A program made the translations under genes and the position numbers. 64,000 bases of DNA from Candidatus Omnitrophota bacterium (lineage in GTDB: Bacteria; Omnitrophota; Gorgyraeia; Aquiviventales; Aquiviventaceae). The number at the start of each line of letters is the position of its first letter. Within the stretch, counting starts at the first letter, position 1. The stretch spans positions 5,315 to 69,314 of the forward strand of contig JAHFGV010000003.1 in the NCBI GenBank assembly GCA_023247255.1, written 5' to 3'. Below are positions 26,769 to 36,112 of this stretch, piece by piece. The notes below the pieces were generated by a model. The model saw only the letters and a list, made by a program, of their open reading frames with translations, did no database searches and had not been told where the DNA came from.

Positions 26769-27799
26769 CAGGCTCTGAAGCGTGCCTGAGAGCTTCGAAT
26801 CAAAAGGCCCCGTGGGTATCCCGCGAGGTCATGAATCGGACGGACAGATTTTACCCAAAAACTCGCCTGGGCTTTCTTCATCAGCAAATCCACCTGCATC
26901 TGCCCACATTCTAAAACCAGTAAGCCTGCTGGCTTCAATAACCGGGGTGCCTGTTCCATGATGTGCTCGAGGGCTTGCATCCCATCCTCACCGCCATCCA
27001 GACTGATGGCAGGCTCCTGCCGCACTTCTAATGGCAAGCCGGCTACTTCGCTCGTGGGAATGTATGGTGGGTTAGCGATGATGCCGTCAAAAACCCCACG
27101 GATCGCGTCCATCCACTCACCCTGCACAAAATGCACCTGGCTTGTCAAACCTTGACGCTGGGCGTTGAGACGAGCGACACATAAAGACAGCCATGATACC
27201 TCAACTCCGACTACAAGACAAGTCGGAAGAAAACGTGCCAACGTCAATGCGATGCATCCGCTTCCGGTGCCAAGATCCAGCAGCCGTAATCCTTTAGTAC
27301 GCGCCTCCTCAGCCGAATCGAGCGGCGCCTTGCGTCTGGCACCTTTTTGAGCAGCCTGGGTATCCCGGGCGTTTTTCAGCAACCTGTTAGCAACGGAATC
27401 ATCCGCACTCCGAAATCCTAAATCCGAAATCCTTCGGGTCCGGGAAGGGACGCTTGATTGAAACGCCTTGAGCGCTGCATCCACAACCTGTTCGGTCTCC
27501 GGGCGAGGGATGAATACGCCGGGGGCGATCGAAAATAACATGCCATAGAATTCCACCTCGCCCAACAGGTATTGCAAAGGAACGCCTCTGGCTCGCGCCT
27601 CAATGTGTGAAAAGAACTGCTCGACGGTCTCTTTGGAGAATTCAGGTTCTTGAAGGTAAAGTTCCAGAGGCCGTAAACCGACACATTGTCCCAAGAGCCA
27701 TTCGACTTCTTGGCGAGTCGATTCTCCGCCGGCTTGTTTAAGCCGCAGGGTCCCTTGCCGAATAAGTTCACGGAGCGTGTATGCTTGCATCTTAACCAT
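26768..27799 (-). CDS. prmC: Release factor glutamine methyltransferase with in-frame repeat insertion
   Basis: PLQYLLG..EF, FIPRPETE, LDLGTGSGCIA, NPPY, LDGG.DG; follows prfA. Confidence 0.95.
   Translation of the reverse strand: MVKMQAYTLRELIRQGTLRLKQAGGESTRQEVEWLLGQCVGLRPLELYLQEPEFSKETVEQFFSHIEARARGVPLQYLLGEVEFYGMLFSIAPGVFIPRPETEQVVDAALKAFQSSVPSRTRRISDLGFRSADDSVANRLLKNARDTQAAQKGARRKAPLDSAEEARTKGLRLLDLGTGSGCIALTLARFLPTCLVVGVEVSWLSLCVARLNAQRQGLTSQVHFVQGEWMDAIRGVFDGIIANPPYIPTSEVAGLPLEVRQEPAISLDGGEDGMQALEHIMEQAPRLLKPAGLLVLECGQMQVDLLMKKAQASFWVKSVRPIHDLAGYPRGLLIRSSQARFRA
27296..27432. repeat. Family D fragment (27296-27386, reverse) plus heptamer array (27400-27432) inside prmC
   Basis: CCTTTTTGAGCAGCCTGGGTATCCC..GTTTTTCAGCAACCTG is the reverse complement of 8248-8292; TCCGCAC TCCGAAA TCCTAAA TCCGAAA. 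Confidence 0.92.
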
Positions 27800-28886
27800 C
27801 GCTCTCGGCCATATCCCGTTCATGAGCGACCAGCGCGTCCGTCAAAAGCTGAAGCTCTCCTTCCATGATGATGTCCAGTTGATAAAGCGTTACTCCGACC
27901 CGATGATCCGTTACCCGTCGATCAGGGAAATTATACGTTCGGATCTTCTCGCTTCGATCGCCGCTTCCGACTTGCTTGCGTCGATCGGACGCCAGTTGTT
28001 CCCGCTGGGAGTGTTGTACTTGATCCAGAAGCCGCGCCCGCAAGACACGCATGGCTTTTTCCTTATTTCGCAATTGGCTGCGTTCGTCCTGACAAGTAAC
28101 CACCAAGTCACTGGGAAGATGACGGATACGCACGGCAGAGTCGGTGGTATTCACTCCCTGGCCTCCTGGGCCGGAAGACCGATACACGTCGATTTGAAGA
28201 TCCTTGGCTGGAATCTCTGGAAGCTCAATTTCCTCAGGCTCAGGCAGAACCGCGACGGTAACCGTCGATGTATGGATTCGTCCTTGAGCCTCTGTCTCGG
28301 GTACGCGCTGAACACGGTGCACTCCCCGCTCGTATTTGAACCGTTTCCAAGCCCCCGCTCCCCGAACGGCAAAAGCCACTTCCTTCAATCCCCCAGCCTC
28401 GCTGGGCTGACTATGCATCGGCTCGATGGTCAACCCACATTTCATCGCGTATTTGGTGTACATGCGAAAAAGATCGGCGGCAAACAGGCTGGCCTCTAGG
28501 CCACCGGTTCCGGCACGGATTTCCACAATCAAGGGACGTTCCGGCTCCTGATGGCGTTGGTTCCAATGCCAAATGAGCTGCGTCAAAAGAAGTCCCTGCT
28601 GTTGATGCAGCGACGTCGCCTCCTCTTTAGCCATCTGGCGCATTTCTCTTTCGCCGTGAGACTGAAAGATCGTCTCAGCCTCAGCAGCCTCCCGATTTAC
28701 TCGCAGGTAGGTCCGGTAAGTCGTGACGATATCCCGGAGGCTCGATAGTTCCTTGGAGAGCGCTTGATAGGCCCGTGGATTTCCCAAGCGTTCGGTAGCC
28801 TCAAGGGCGAGTCGTTGTTCTAACTCGCTGTAGCGGCGCTCAAGCTGAGACAGGAACTCAAGCAGCTGTCGATCTGAAAGGGACAT
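27792..28886 (-). CDS. prfA: Peptide chain release factor 1
   Basis: EIRAGTGG, HRVQRVPETE (PxT), GPGGQGVN, RSEKIRTYNFP. Confidence 0.97.
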   Translation of the reverse strand: MSLSDRQLLEFLSQLERRYSELEQRLALEATERLGNPRAYQALSKELSSLRDIVTTYRTYLRVNREAAEAETIFQSHGEREMRQMAKEEATSLHQQQGLLLTQLIWHWNQRHQEPERPLIVEIRAGTGGLEASLFAADLFRMYTKYAMKCGLTIEPMHSQPSEAGGLKEVAFAVRGAGAWKRFKYERGVHRVQRVPETEAQGRIHTSTVTVAVLPEPEEIELPEIPAKDLQIDVYRSSGPGGQGVNTTDSAVRIRHLPSDLVVTCQDERSQLRNKEKAMRVLRARLLDQVQHSQREQLASDRRKQVGSGDRSEKIRTYNFPDRRVTDHRVGVTLYQLDIIMEGELQLLTDALVAHERDMAESDG

Positions 28887-28947
28887 GAGACGTCGAGCGA
28901 GGGTGTCTATCGGGCATGAGCCAACGCCGGCCTACGCGAAACAGGCT

Positions 28948-29181
28948 CTATGCGGAAGACTCCGATGAGGTAGCCAAAGACGTTTTGCGGGTGTATTTTC
29001 TCTTAAAACGTTCCACCCGCCCTGCGGTATCCACCAATTTCTGCTGCCCGGTAAAGAAAGGATGGCAGGCGGAACATATATCCACATGGATCACCTTGCG
29101 AGTGGAGCGCGTCTGAAACGTATTGCCACAGGTACACGAGACGGTACATTCCAGATACTCTGGATGGATGTTTGTTTTCAT
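28948..29181 (-). CDS. rpmE: 50S ribosomal protein L31 (Zn-binding type)
   Basis: [29 protein letters not shown]. Confidence 0.96.
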   Translation of the reverse strand: MKTNIHPEYLECTVSCTCGNTFQTRSTRKVIHVDICSACHPFFTGQQKLVDTAGRVERFKRKYTRKTSLATSSESSA

Positions 29182-29211
29182 AACGGCCTCCGGTTGGTCT
29201 GTACTGTAGGT

Positions 29212-29277
29212 GATTGTCGATTGAACGTCATTCTTCTCTACCAATCGTCAATCGGAAATCAAAAATCGAAAATTCCA
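29212..29277. repeat. Degenerate family-B heptamer core between rho and rpmE
   Basis: GATTGTC GATTGAAC ... CAATCGT CAATCGG AAATCAA AAATCGA AAATTCCA. Confidence 0.7.
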
Positions 29278-29293
29278 TTTTATTGCGCTCGTA

Positions 29294-30586
29294 TTACGGT
29301 GATTTCTTTGCCATCGCAGCCAAAAATTCCTGGTTGGATTTAGTCTTCGAAAGCCGATCGATGAGCAATTCCATCCCTTGGACGGGATCCATCTCATTGA
29401 GGACCTTCCGAAGGATCCATACCTTTTGCAGTTCCTCGGCAGCGACCAGAAGCTCCTCGCGACGGGTGTTGGAGCGTCGAATGTCGATAGCGGGATAGAT
29501 GCGTCGCTGGAATAAATTCCGATCCATAGTCAGCTCCATGTTCCCGGTTCCTTTAAACTCTTCAAAGATCACGTCATCCATCCGGGAGCCGGTATCGATC
29601 AAACAGGTTCCAATAATGGTCAAGCTGCCTCCCTCCTCCACCCCTCGAGCGGCGCCAAAGAATCGTTTGGGTTTATGAAGGGCATTGGCATCGAGCCCAC
29701 CGGTGAGCACACGCCCGCTGTGAGGCTCCACGGTATTGTAGGCCCTGGCCAGGCGGGTAATGCTGTCCAGAAGGATCACCACGTCTTTTTTGTGCTCCAC
29801 TTGGCGTTTGGCCTTTTCCATGACAATCTCAGCAACCTGAATATGCCGGTCGGCCGGCTCATCAAAAGTCGAGGAGATCACTTCGCCCTTGACGGAGCGT
29901 TGCATGTCAGTGACTTCCTCAGGACGCTCATCGATCAGCAGAACGATCAACTCAGCTTCCGGGTTGTTAGTGGTGACGGCGTTGGCGATCTTTTGAAGCA
30001 AGACGGTCTTGCCGCTGTAAGGAGGGGCGACGATCAGGCCCCGCTGGCCCTTGCCGATGGGGGTTAACAAATCCATGATCCGAGTCGACATATCCTTGGC
30101 ATCGGTTTCCAGAACCAGCCGCTGATTGGGGTAGATGGGTGTTAGGTTGTCGAAGTTGGTCTTGACTTTGGAGTTTTCAGGATTTTCGTCGTTGACCGCT
30201 TCCACTTTCAGAAGGGCGAAGTAGCGCTCCCCTTCCTTGGGAGGACGCACCTGGCCGTTGACCACATCCCCGGTGCGCAGATCGAATTTACGAATCTGGG
30301 ATGGGGAAACATAGATGTCATCCGGACAGGGCAGATAGTTATAGTTTGGGGATCGAAGGAATCCGAAACCATCGGGAAGAATCTCCAGCACCCCCGAAGA
30401 AAAGATCAGTCCCTCCCTCTCGGTCTGGGCGGAGAGGATTTTAAAAATCAGATCCTGTTTACGCAGCCCAGACAGGCCATTGACTCCTATCTCTCGAGCC
30501 ACCTTGGTCAACTCGGATATCTTCAAGCTTTTCAGCGCTGCGATGTCAAGCTTTACCGTCTGATGGCTCTGACCCGTTGATTCCAT
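29294..30586 (-). CDS. rho: Transcription termination factor Rho
   Basis: [52 protein letters not shown]. Confidence 0.98.
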   Translation of the reverse strand: MESTGQSHQTVKLDIAALKSLKISELTKVAREIGVNGLSGLRKQDLIFKILSAQTEREGLIFSSGVLEILPDGFGFLRSPNYNYLPCPDDIYVSPSQIRKFDLRTGDVVNGQVRPPKEGERYFALLKVEAVNDENPENSKVKTNFDNLTPIYPNQRLVLETDAKDMSTRIMDLLTPIGKGQRGLIVAPPYSGKTVLLQKIANAVTTNNPEAELIVLLIDERPEEVTDMQRSVKGEVISSTFDEPADRHIQVAEIVMEKAKRQVEHKKDVVILLDSITRLARAYNTVEPHSGRVLTGGLDANALHKPKRFFGAARGVEEGGSLTIIGTCLIDTGSRMDDVIFEEFKGTGNMELTMDRNLFQRRIYPAIDIRRSNTRREELLVAAEELQKVWILRKVLNEMDPVQGMELLIDRLSKTKSNQEFLAAMAKKSP

Positions 30587-31161
30587 ATCTGTTTCACCTG
30601 TGTTTGTGTCGCTTTTCTGCCACTTGAGTTCTCAACGACATAATCGGCCAATGCCACCTTGGCCGTCAAATCCATTTGCGCCGCCAATCGACGTTTCAGT
30701 TCTTCATCCGACCATCCCCGACTCTGTTTGAGTCGCAAGCGCTGTACCGCTGGGGAAGCCTTCACCACCACCAACACATCTACTTCGGATTCAGCACCCA
30801 CCTCGACCAAAAGGGGAACATCGAGCACGACTGCAGGAACCCTACGCAAACGCCGAAGCCTTTGGAGCTGCTGCTTGATCTTCTTCCACACAGGGGGATG
30901 AACGATCGCTTCCAGCTTTTGCCGAAGCCGCGCATCAGAGAAGATCGAGTCTGCCAGCCGCTTTCGATCGATCGTTTGGTCCTCATTGAGAACGCCTTCT
31001 CCAAAAACCTCAACGATACGTCTCCAGGCCGGGCGCTTGGGCTCAATCACTTCATGGGCGATGGTATCGGCATCCAAGACTACGGCACCCAACTCCTGAA
31101 ACATCTGCGCAACCGTGCTCTTGCCAGTTGCCCATCCACCGGTGACACCGATCACTATCAT
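30553..31161 (-). CDS. coaE: Dephospho-CoA kinase
   Basis: IGVTGG.ATGKST, LDAD.IAH, LE.IVHP, DVPLL. Confidence 0.95.
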   Translation of the reverse strand: MIVIGVTGGWATGKSTVAQMFQELGAVVLDADTIAHEVIEPKRPAWRRIVEVFGEGVLNEDQTIDRKRLADSIFSDARLRQKLEAIVHPPVWKKIKQQLQRLRRLRRVPAVVLDVPLLVEVGAESEVDVLVVVKASPAVQRLRLKQSRGWSDEELKRRLAAQMDLTAKVALADYVVENSSGRKATQTQVKQIWNQRVRAIRR

Positions 31162-33836
31162 GAGCAAGGAGAAAGATCCAGCCAATTAGGACCCGACTTC
31201 ACCGTCACTACAAGAGGAACTTTGAGCGAAAGAGCACCTTCCATGATACGTCGCACGATACTGACCAAAGTATCCTGTTCCTTTCGCGGACATTCAAGAA
31301 CCAGCTCGTCATGCACCTGAAGCACTAAGCGGCTGGACAATCGCTCACGAGCCAAAGCCTCTGCAAGCTGAACCATGGCCCGTTTGATTAAATCCGCCGC
31401 GGTGCCCTGGATGGGGGTATTGATCGCAATCCGCTCCCCAAACTGGCGCACGCTCGGATCCGGATGGGAAAGCTCAGCAATCACCCGCCGTCTGCCCAGA
31501 AGCGTCTGAACGAATCCATCCCGACGGGCCAGAGTAATCTGGGCATCCATATAAGAGCGCACCCTGGGGTAGCGCTGGAAATAGGATTCGATGAAACGTT
31601 GGGCATCGTTAAAGCTAATGCCTAATTCTTTAGAGAGGCCGTGGGAGCTCATCCCATAAAGAATCCCAAAGTTAACCGCCTTCATCGCGTTGCGCTGCTC
31701 GGGTTGAATCTCTTGCTCAGGAAGACCGTAAATCAGCGAAGCCGTGTATCGATGAATGTCCCGGCCCTCGCGAAACGCTTGGATGAGCTGCTCATCGTCT
31801 GAAAGATGGGCAAGGATTCGCAATTCGATTTGGGAATAGTCCGCAGCCACAAATAAGCCGTCGGTAAGTCCGGGGATAAATGCCTTGCGGATCAGGCGTC
31901 CCAGTTCCGTTTTTACCGGGATGTTTTGAAGGTTAGGCTCGCTGGAAGAAAGCCTGCCGGTCGCTGTAATCGCTTGGTTGAATGTGCTGTGAATCCGACC
32001 GGTTGAGGGATTGACTAATCTCGGTAGCGCTTCCAAATAGGTGGAAACCAATTTCGACAATTCTCGATATTCCAGAAGACCAGCGGCAAGAGGATGCTTC
32101 TGGGCGAGCTGATGCAACACCTCACTGTCGGTTGAAGGCCCTGTTTTGGTGCGTTTGACGATCGGCAAGTGCAAGCGCTCGAACAGAACCTGGGCGAGCT
32201 GCTTGGGTGAATTCAGGTTGAAAGCGCAGCCTGACAGCGCATAAAGCTCTTGAGTCAATTGCACCAGTCGCGCATCCATGGAACAACGCAAGCTGGACAG
32301 ATGTGCCAGATCCACAGCGATGCCTACGGATTCCATCTGAGCCAATACCTCAACCAGCGGCAACTCTAAATCCGTGTAAAGCGACAAAAGCCCTTGGGCT
32401 TCAAGCGCCGACAGCAGATGCTGATGCAAAGACAAAATCGAAGTCACCTGCTGGGCATGAAGCGGTCGGTCGGTCGTATTGGCATCGGACAGGGATTCTG
32501 GCTCCAAGTCTGGAGGATCTTTCAATCGTTGACCAAGATACTCTTCGCAAAGGTCATTGAGACCGACTGGAGCGCGCGTGGGATTCAGAAGATAGGCGGC
32601 AACCCGGCTGTCCCCGGCAATGCCTCGAAGGTGAATCCCCAAGGGCTCAAGCAGACGGATGCAGCGTTTCATATCATGAGCGACTTTCTTTGCCTGTGGA
32701 TCTTCAAGCCATTGAACGACGGGTTGCCAAACGTCGCTGCGAGACGTTTCAGAATCCAGCCACAGAAAGCAGGCTTCATCCGGCTCCGTCGCGATGGCCA
32801 GAAGCATACGATTAGGATGAGCCGGGGATGACGTCTCCGATTCTCCCGGGGATGATTCCATCCAAACCTGGACGGCCACCGCTGATGGAGCCTTGTGTAA
32901 TCGGGCTTGAAAATCAAAAAGCTGATCCGTGGAAAGCAGGCGCTGACGGATGGGCTGGGCCTCGGGCTGAACGGGAATGTGCGACTCCATTTCTTTCAAT
33001 AGACGCTTAAACTCAAGTTCGCGGAAAAGAACGCGCAGGGTCTGCCAATCAGGCTCCTGAACCTTAAGATCCTCAAGAACCACCGTCAATGGCAGATCGT
33101 CGTGGATGCAAGCCAACTGGCGAGAAAGTTCCACCTGCGCTCGCGAGTCGCTCAGGCGCTGACGTATGGAAACACTCTCCACTTCATCCAGATGTTGATA
33201 GAGCCGCTTGAGGCTGCCGAATCGTTGAAGCAATTGACTCGCCGTCTTTTCCCCAATCCCAGAGGCCCCGGGGATGTTGTCCGATTCATCCCCCATCAAG
33301 GCTAACAGATCCACCATCTGCTGTGGGTCAATGCCATACCGGGCGCGGACAGCTTCTGCATCCACGATCATGGGATCGCCGTTTGGGTTATAAACGCTGA
33401 TGTGGCTATTGACCAACTGTAGCGCATCCTTGTCACTGGTCACCAAAAACGTTTGAATCCCCTGAGCCACCAATTGCCGCGTGAGGCTTGCCAGGACATC
33501 TTCCCCCTCATAGCCTTCGAGCTCAAAGACAGGAATCCGGTAGGCAGTCAGTACGCTTTTTACCAACGGGAGTTGTCCAATCAACGCCTCCGGCATGGGT
33601 TTTCGCTGGATCTTGTATTCGGCAAACTGTTGATGCCGAACCGTGGGCTTACCTACATCAAAAGCGACTGCCAGATAGTCGGGACGTTCCTTTTGCTTAA
33701 GGGCTCGAAGGATCATCGTAAACCCGTATACGGCGTTGGTCGGGCGTCCGTTGGTCGTGCTGAGTTGTCGGATCGCGTAGAACGCTCGATAGCAACAGGC
33801 AGTGCCATCGATTAAAAAAGCCTTACGTCCAGCCAT
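31158..33836 (-). CDS. polA: DNA polymerase I
   Basis: 5'-3' exonuclease N-terminus (LIDG, YRAFYA, TSDKD, GIGEKTA); TGRLSS.EPNLQNIP, ADYSQIELR, QVHDEL. Confidence 0.97.
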   Translation of the reverse strand: MAGRKAFLIDGTACCYRAFYAIRQLSTTNGRPTNAVYGFTMILRALKQKERPDYLAVAFDVGKPTVRHQQFAEYKIQRKPMPEALIGQLPLVKSVLTAYRIPVFELEGYEGEDVLASLTRQLVAQGIQTFLVTSDKDALQLVNSHISVYNPNGDPMIVDAEAVRARYGIDPQQMVDLLALMGDESDNIPGASGIGEKTASQLLQRFGSLKRLYQHLDEVESVSIRQRLSDSRAQVELSRQLACIHDDLPLTVVLEDLKVQEPDWQTLRVLFRELEFKRLLKEMESHIPVQPEAQPIRQRLLSTDQLFDFQARLHKAPSAVAVQVWMESSPGESETSSPAHPNRMLLAIATEPDEACFLWLDSETSRSDVWQPVVQWLEDPQAKKVAHDMKRCIRLLEPLGIHLRGIAGDSRVAAYLLNPTRAPVGLNDLCEEYLGQRLKDPPDLEPESLSDANTTDRPLHAQQVTSILSLHQHLLSALEAQGLLSLYTDLELPLVEVLAQMESVGIAVDLAHLSSLRCSMDARLVQLTQELYALSGCAFNLNSPKQLAQVLFERLHLPIVKRTKTGPSTDSEVLHQLAQKHPLAAGLLEYRELSKLVSTYLEALPRLVNPSTGRIHSTFNQAITATGRLSSSEPNLQNIPVKTELGRLIRKAFIPGLTDGLFVAADYSQIELRILAHLSDDEQLIQAFREGRDIHRYTASLIYGLPEQEIQPEQRNAMKAVNFGILYGMSSHGLSKELGISFNDAQRFIESYFQRYPRVRSYMDAQITLARRDGFVQTLLGRRRVIAELSHPDPSVRQFGERIAINTPIQGTAADLIKRAMVQLAEALARERLSSRLVLQVHDELVLECPRKEQDTLVSIVRRIMEGALSLKVPLVVTVKSGPNWLDLSPCS

Positions 33837-34016
33837 GGGGAAGTCGCGCGAGAGATTCCGTGTCAAGCTGCCTTCCGAGGATTTCTCACCAGATAAGAGC
33901 AGGGCTGCAATACGTGACTGAAGACCCTCGGTTGCTTCGGCTATTGTGCGCTGACACAAACGGTAACACGATCGGTTCTGCTTATCGGAGTGTAAGGTGT
34001 GGGGATTGTCTTGAAA

Positions 34017-34598
34017 TCAGGGCCAGTCGCTGTATCGCCTTGTGACTGAGTGAAAGTCTTCGACGGTCCTGGCGTTCTGTTTGAATGCTTCGTCCATGAC
34101 CCGTGCGCGTGCTTTGTGGGTAGAGTTTGATGCAGGAGACTGATGGAATCCCAACGCCTTCAAACGATCTTCGGCACGGGCGGTCCAGGGATCGGAGGGA
34201 TCCCCCAACTCGTAGCGTTTTAACCAGTGCACCGTTGCCGATTTCTCATCCCCCATCCGCTCATACAGCATCGCCAAATTTGCGTGCGCTTCCGGATATT
34301 GTGGATTCAATTCCACGGCTTTTCGATAGGCGCGTTCGGCTTCTTCCAGGCGCCCTTGTTGCTCAAAAATCACGCCAATATCGTTCTGCGCAGTGGGATA
34401 AGAGGGATCCAGCGCTGCAGCCTTCTGATACCACGATAAAGCCTCAGCGGCATCACCTCGCTGCTGGGTTTCGTAGCCCTGGCGTCGGTACGCTACTGCC
34501 TCTTCACGCAACGGGCCCGCACACACCTCGGCCGCAGAGCCAAACCCCAGGAACGTAACACAAAGGAGGGTCATCCCATTGCAGACATTGTTTTGCAT
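34017..34598 (-). CDS. Secreted tetratricopeptide repeat protein (ORF stays open upstream through a B element to 34781)
   Basis: Signal-like TLLCVTFLGFGSAA; TPR motifs AQNDIGVIFEQQGRLEEA..AYRKAVELNPQY. Confidence 0.85.
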   Translation of the reverse strand: MQNNVCNGMTLLCVTFLGFGSAAEVCAGPLREEAVAYRRQGYETQQRGDAAEALSWYQKAAALDPSYPTAQNDIGVIFEQQGRLEEAERAYRKAVELNPQYPEAHANLAMLYERMGDEKSATVHWLKRYELGDPSDPWTARAEDRLKALGFHQSPASNSTHKARARVMDEAFKQNARTVEDFHSVTRRYSDWP

Positions 34599-34611
34599 CT
34601 TCAACCACCCA

Positions 34612-34753
34612 ACCCCGCCATTGCGCCCCCAACCCTCGATGATTGCATCACGATATTGTCGATTTTCGATTGAACAGCGGTTTTCAATCGACGATCCAAA
34701 ATCGACAATCGAAAATTCCAAGGTATGGGAGTGCTGCTGCCCCAGGCGCATCC
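34612..34753. mobile_element. Repeat family B copy 2
   Basis: Near-identical to 20933-21089, lacking two heptamer units. Confidence 0.92.
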
Positions 34754-34837
34754 CTATGTCCGGTGACCGCAACTGTAGCATGATTCCTCCCCCTCGTCAA
34801 GGGGCTTGCTCTTTGTTGCGCGTCGGAAGCGGCATGT

Positions 34838-35608
34838 TCAGCGCTGGATGGTGACCGCCCCGGTCGCACTTGTAATAGTCACCGCGTTGTTGCGTTTACG
34901 GCCAGTGAGTACTAAGGAGATACTACGACCCTTAAGAGAGCCGGTCGGTCGAAACACGAACTGAGTCTCGGAAGAAGCCTGTCCGCCCACTTGAACCTCT
35001 AACGTGATGGCTGAAGGCAATCGCACGATTTGCTCCAGTGCCTGCCCTGAGGCCAATTCCACCACACGAAGTTCTCCCTTCTCCCTATCTATGACAAGGG
35101 CATGTTCTTCTTGACTGCTGATCGCCAGGCTCCTAGCCAAAGAGATCAGGCCAACGACTTGTGAAGTCGCCGTTCTTAATCGCACGTTTTGGGCATAGCC
35201 GGTCAGCGCCGGTACGCTGATACATACGATCAACCCAACCAGACCCAAGACGACCATGAGTTCCACCAGCGTCATTGCCGAGATCGCCCTTGCGCCACGG
35301 CCGAAGGTTTTGGGCGATAGGATAGTGCAACAGCCGATGGGTGGGTAGGATGTCGCCCCCATCGGGGCGGACTTGCCGCTGCCCCAGGCGCATCCTGCGG
35401 GGCTCCTCTCGGCCATTGCGCCTCCGACCCTCGATGATTGCATCACGATACTGTCGATTAACGATTGTCGATTTTCGATTGAACAGCGGTTTTCAATCGA
35501 CGATCCAAAATCGACAATCGAAAATTCCAAGGTGTGGGAGTGCCGCTGCCCCAGGCTCATCCTGTGGGGCTCCACAAACCCAAGCAACGTTTTTGGGGAC
35601 CGATGCAA
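34838..35608 (-). CDS. GspH/FimT-like minor pseudopilin; leader region built from repeats, true start uncertain (35608 or 35416)
   Basis: SA|MTLVELMVVLGLVGLIVCISVP N-methylation motif; ARSLAIS; FRPTG; C-terminal TG.V. Confidence 0.85.
   Translation of the reverse strand: MHRSPKTLLGFVEPHRMSLGQRHSHTLEFSIVDFGSSIENRCSIENRQSLIDSIVMQSSRVGGAMAERSPAGCAWGSGKSAPMGATSYPPIGCCTILSPKTFGRGARAISAMTLVELMVVLGLVGLIVCISVPALTGYAQNVRLRTATSQVVGLISLARSLAISSQEEHALVIDREKGELRVVELASGQALEQIVRLPSAITLEVQVGGQASSETQFVFRPTGSLKGRSISLVLTGRKRNNAVTITSATGAVTIQR
35289..35575. mobile_element. Tandem family F copy (35289-35406) plus family B copy 3 (35412-35575)
   Basis: F: TTGCGCCACGGCCGAAGG...GTGCAACAGCCGATGGGTGGG...GATGTCGCCCC...TGCCCCAGGCGCATCC; matches reverse of 54721-54953. 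Confidence 0.9.
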
Positions 35609-35611
35609 CCG

Positions 35612-36112
35612 TTACCAGGTGATGATATCATCCCCGCCACCTTGATCGTCGACACCATTCGGTCCATAGGAGAACAGATCGTAGGAATGCTCGCGGTGAG
35701 TGGGTGAGCCCCCCTCCACCGACACATAGACGTATGGGTTTCCCCAGGAATCCAGAAGCTTGCCATCTTGCAATTCTTCTTTCTTGAATTCTATATAGGG
35801 GCCTTGCCAATCCAGATCTTCTTGCGTCTCTTGGAGGGTCTTCACCAGGTTTTCATTTTCGGTCGGCGGATAGTGACCTAGGTCGGCATCATACATAGCG
35901 ATGGCAGTCTCCACCGCGGAAAGCGTCGCTTTCGCTTTTGTGATCGCCCCTCGGCGTCGAGCGGCCTGGGCGCCTGCTGTCACCAGGCTAATCAGAATCC
36001 CCAGAATAGCGATGACAACCAATAACTCAACCAGTGTAAACGCCATCGGTCGCATCTTTATTTTGAATGGCGCAATCCTCGATTCGCAATCCGTAATTCG
36101 TAATCTATTCAT
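35612..36112 (-). CDS. gspG: Type II secretion major pseudopilin GspG-like
   Basis: AFTLVELLVVIAILGIL, YP, WQGPY, DSWGNPY.Y, SYGPNG, DDI..W. Confidence 0.88.
   Translation of the reverse strand: MNRLRITDCESRIAPFKIKMRPMAFTLVELLVVIAILGILISLVTAGAQAARRRGAITKAKATLSAVETAIAMYDADLGHYPPTENENLVKTLQETQEDLDWQGPYIEFKKEELQDGKLLDSWGNPYVYVSVEGGSPTHREHSYDLFSYGPNGVDDQGGGDDIITW
36071..36104. repeat. Heptamer array in the gspG leader
   Basis: CGCAAT CCTCGAT TCGCAAT CCGTAAT TCGTAAT; translated RLRITDCESRIA. Confidence 0.75.
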
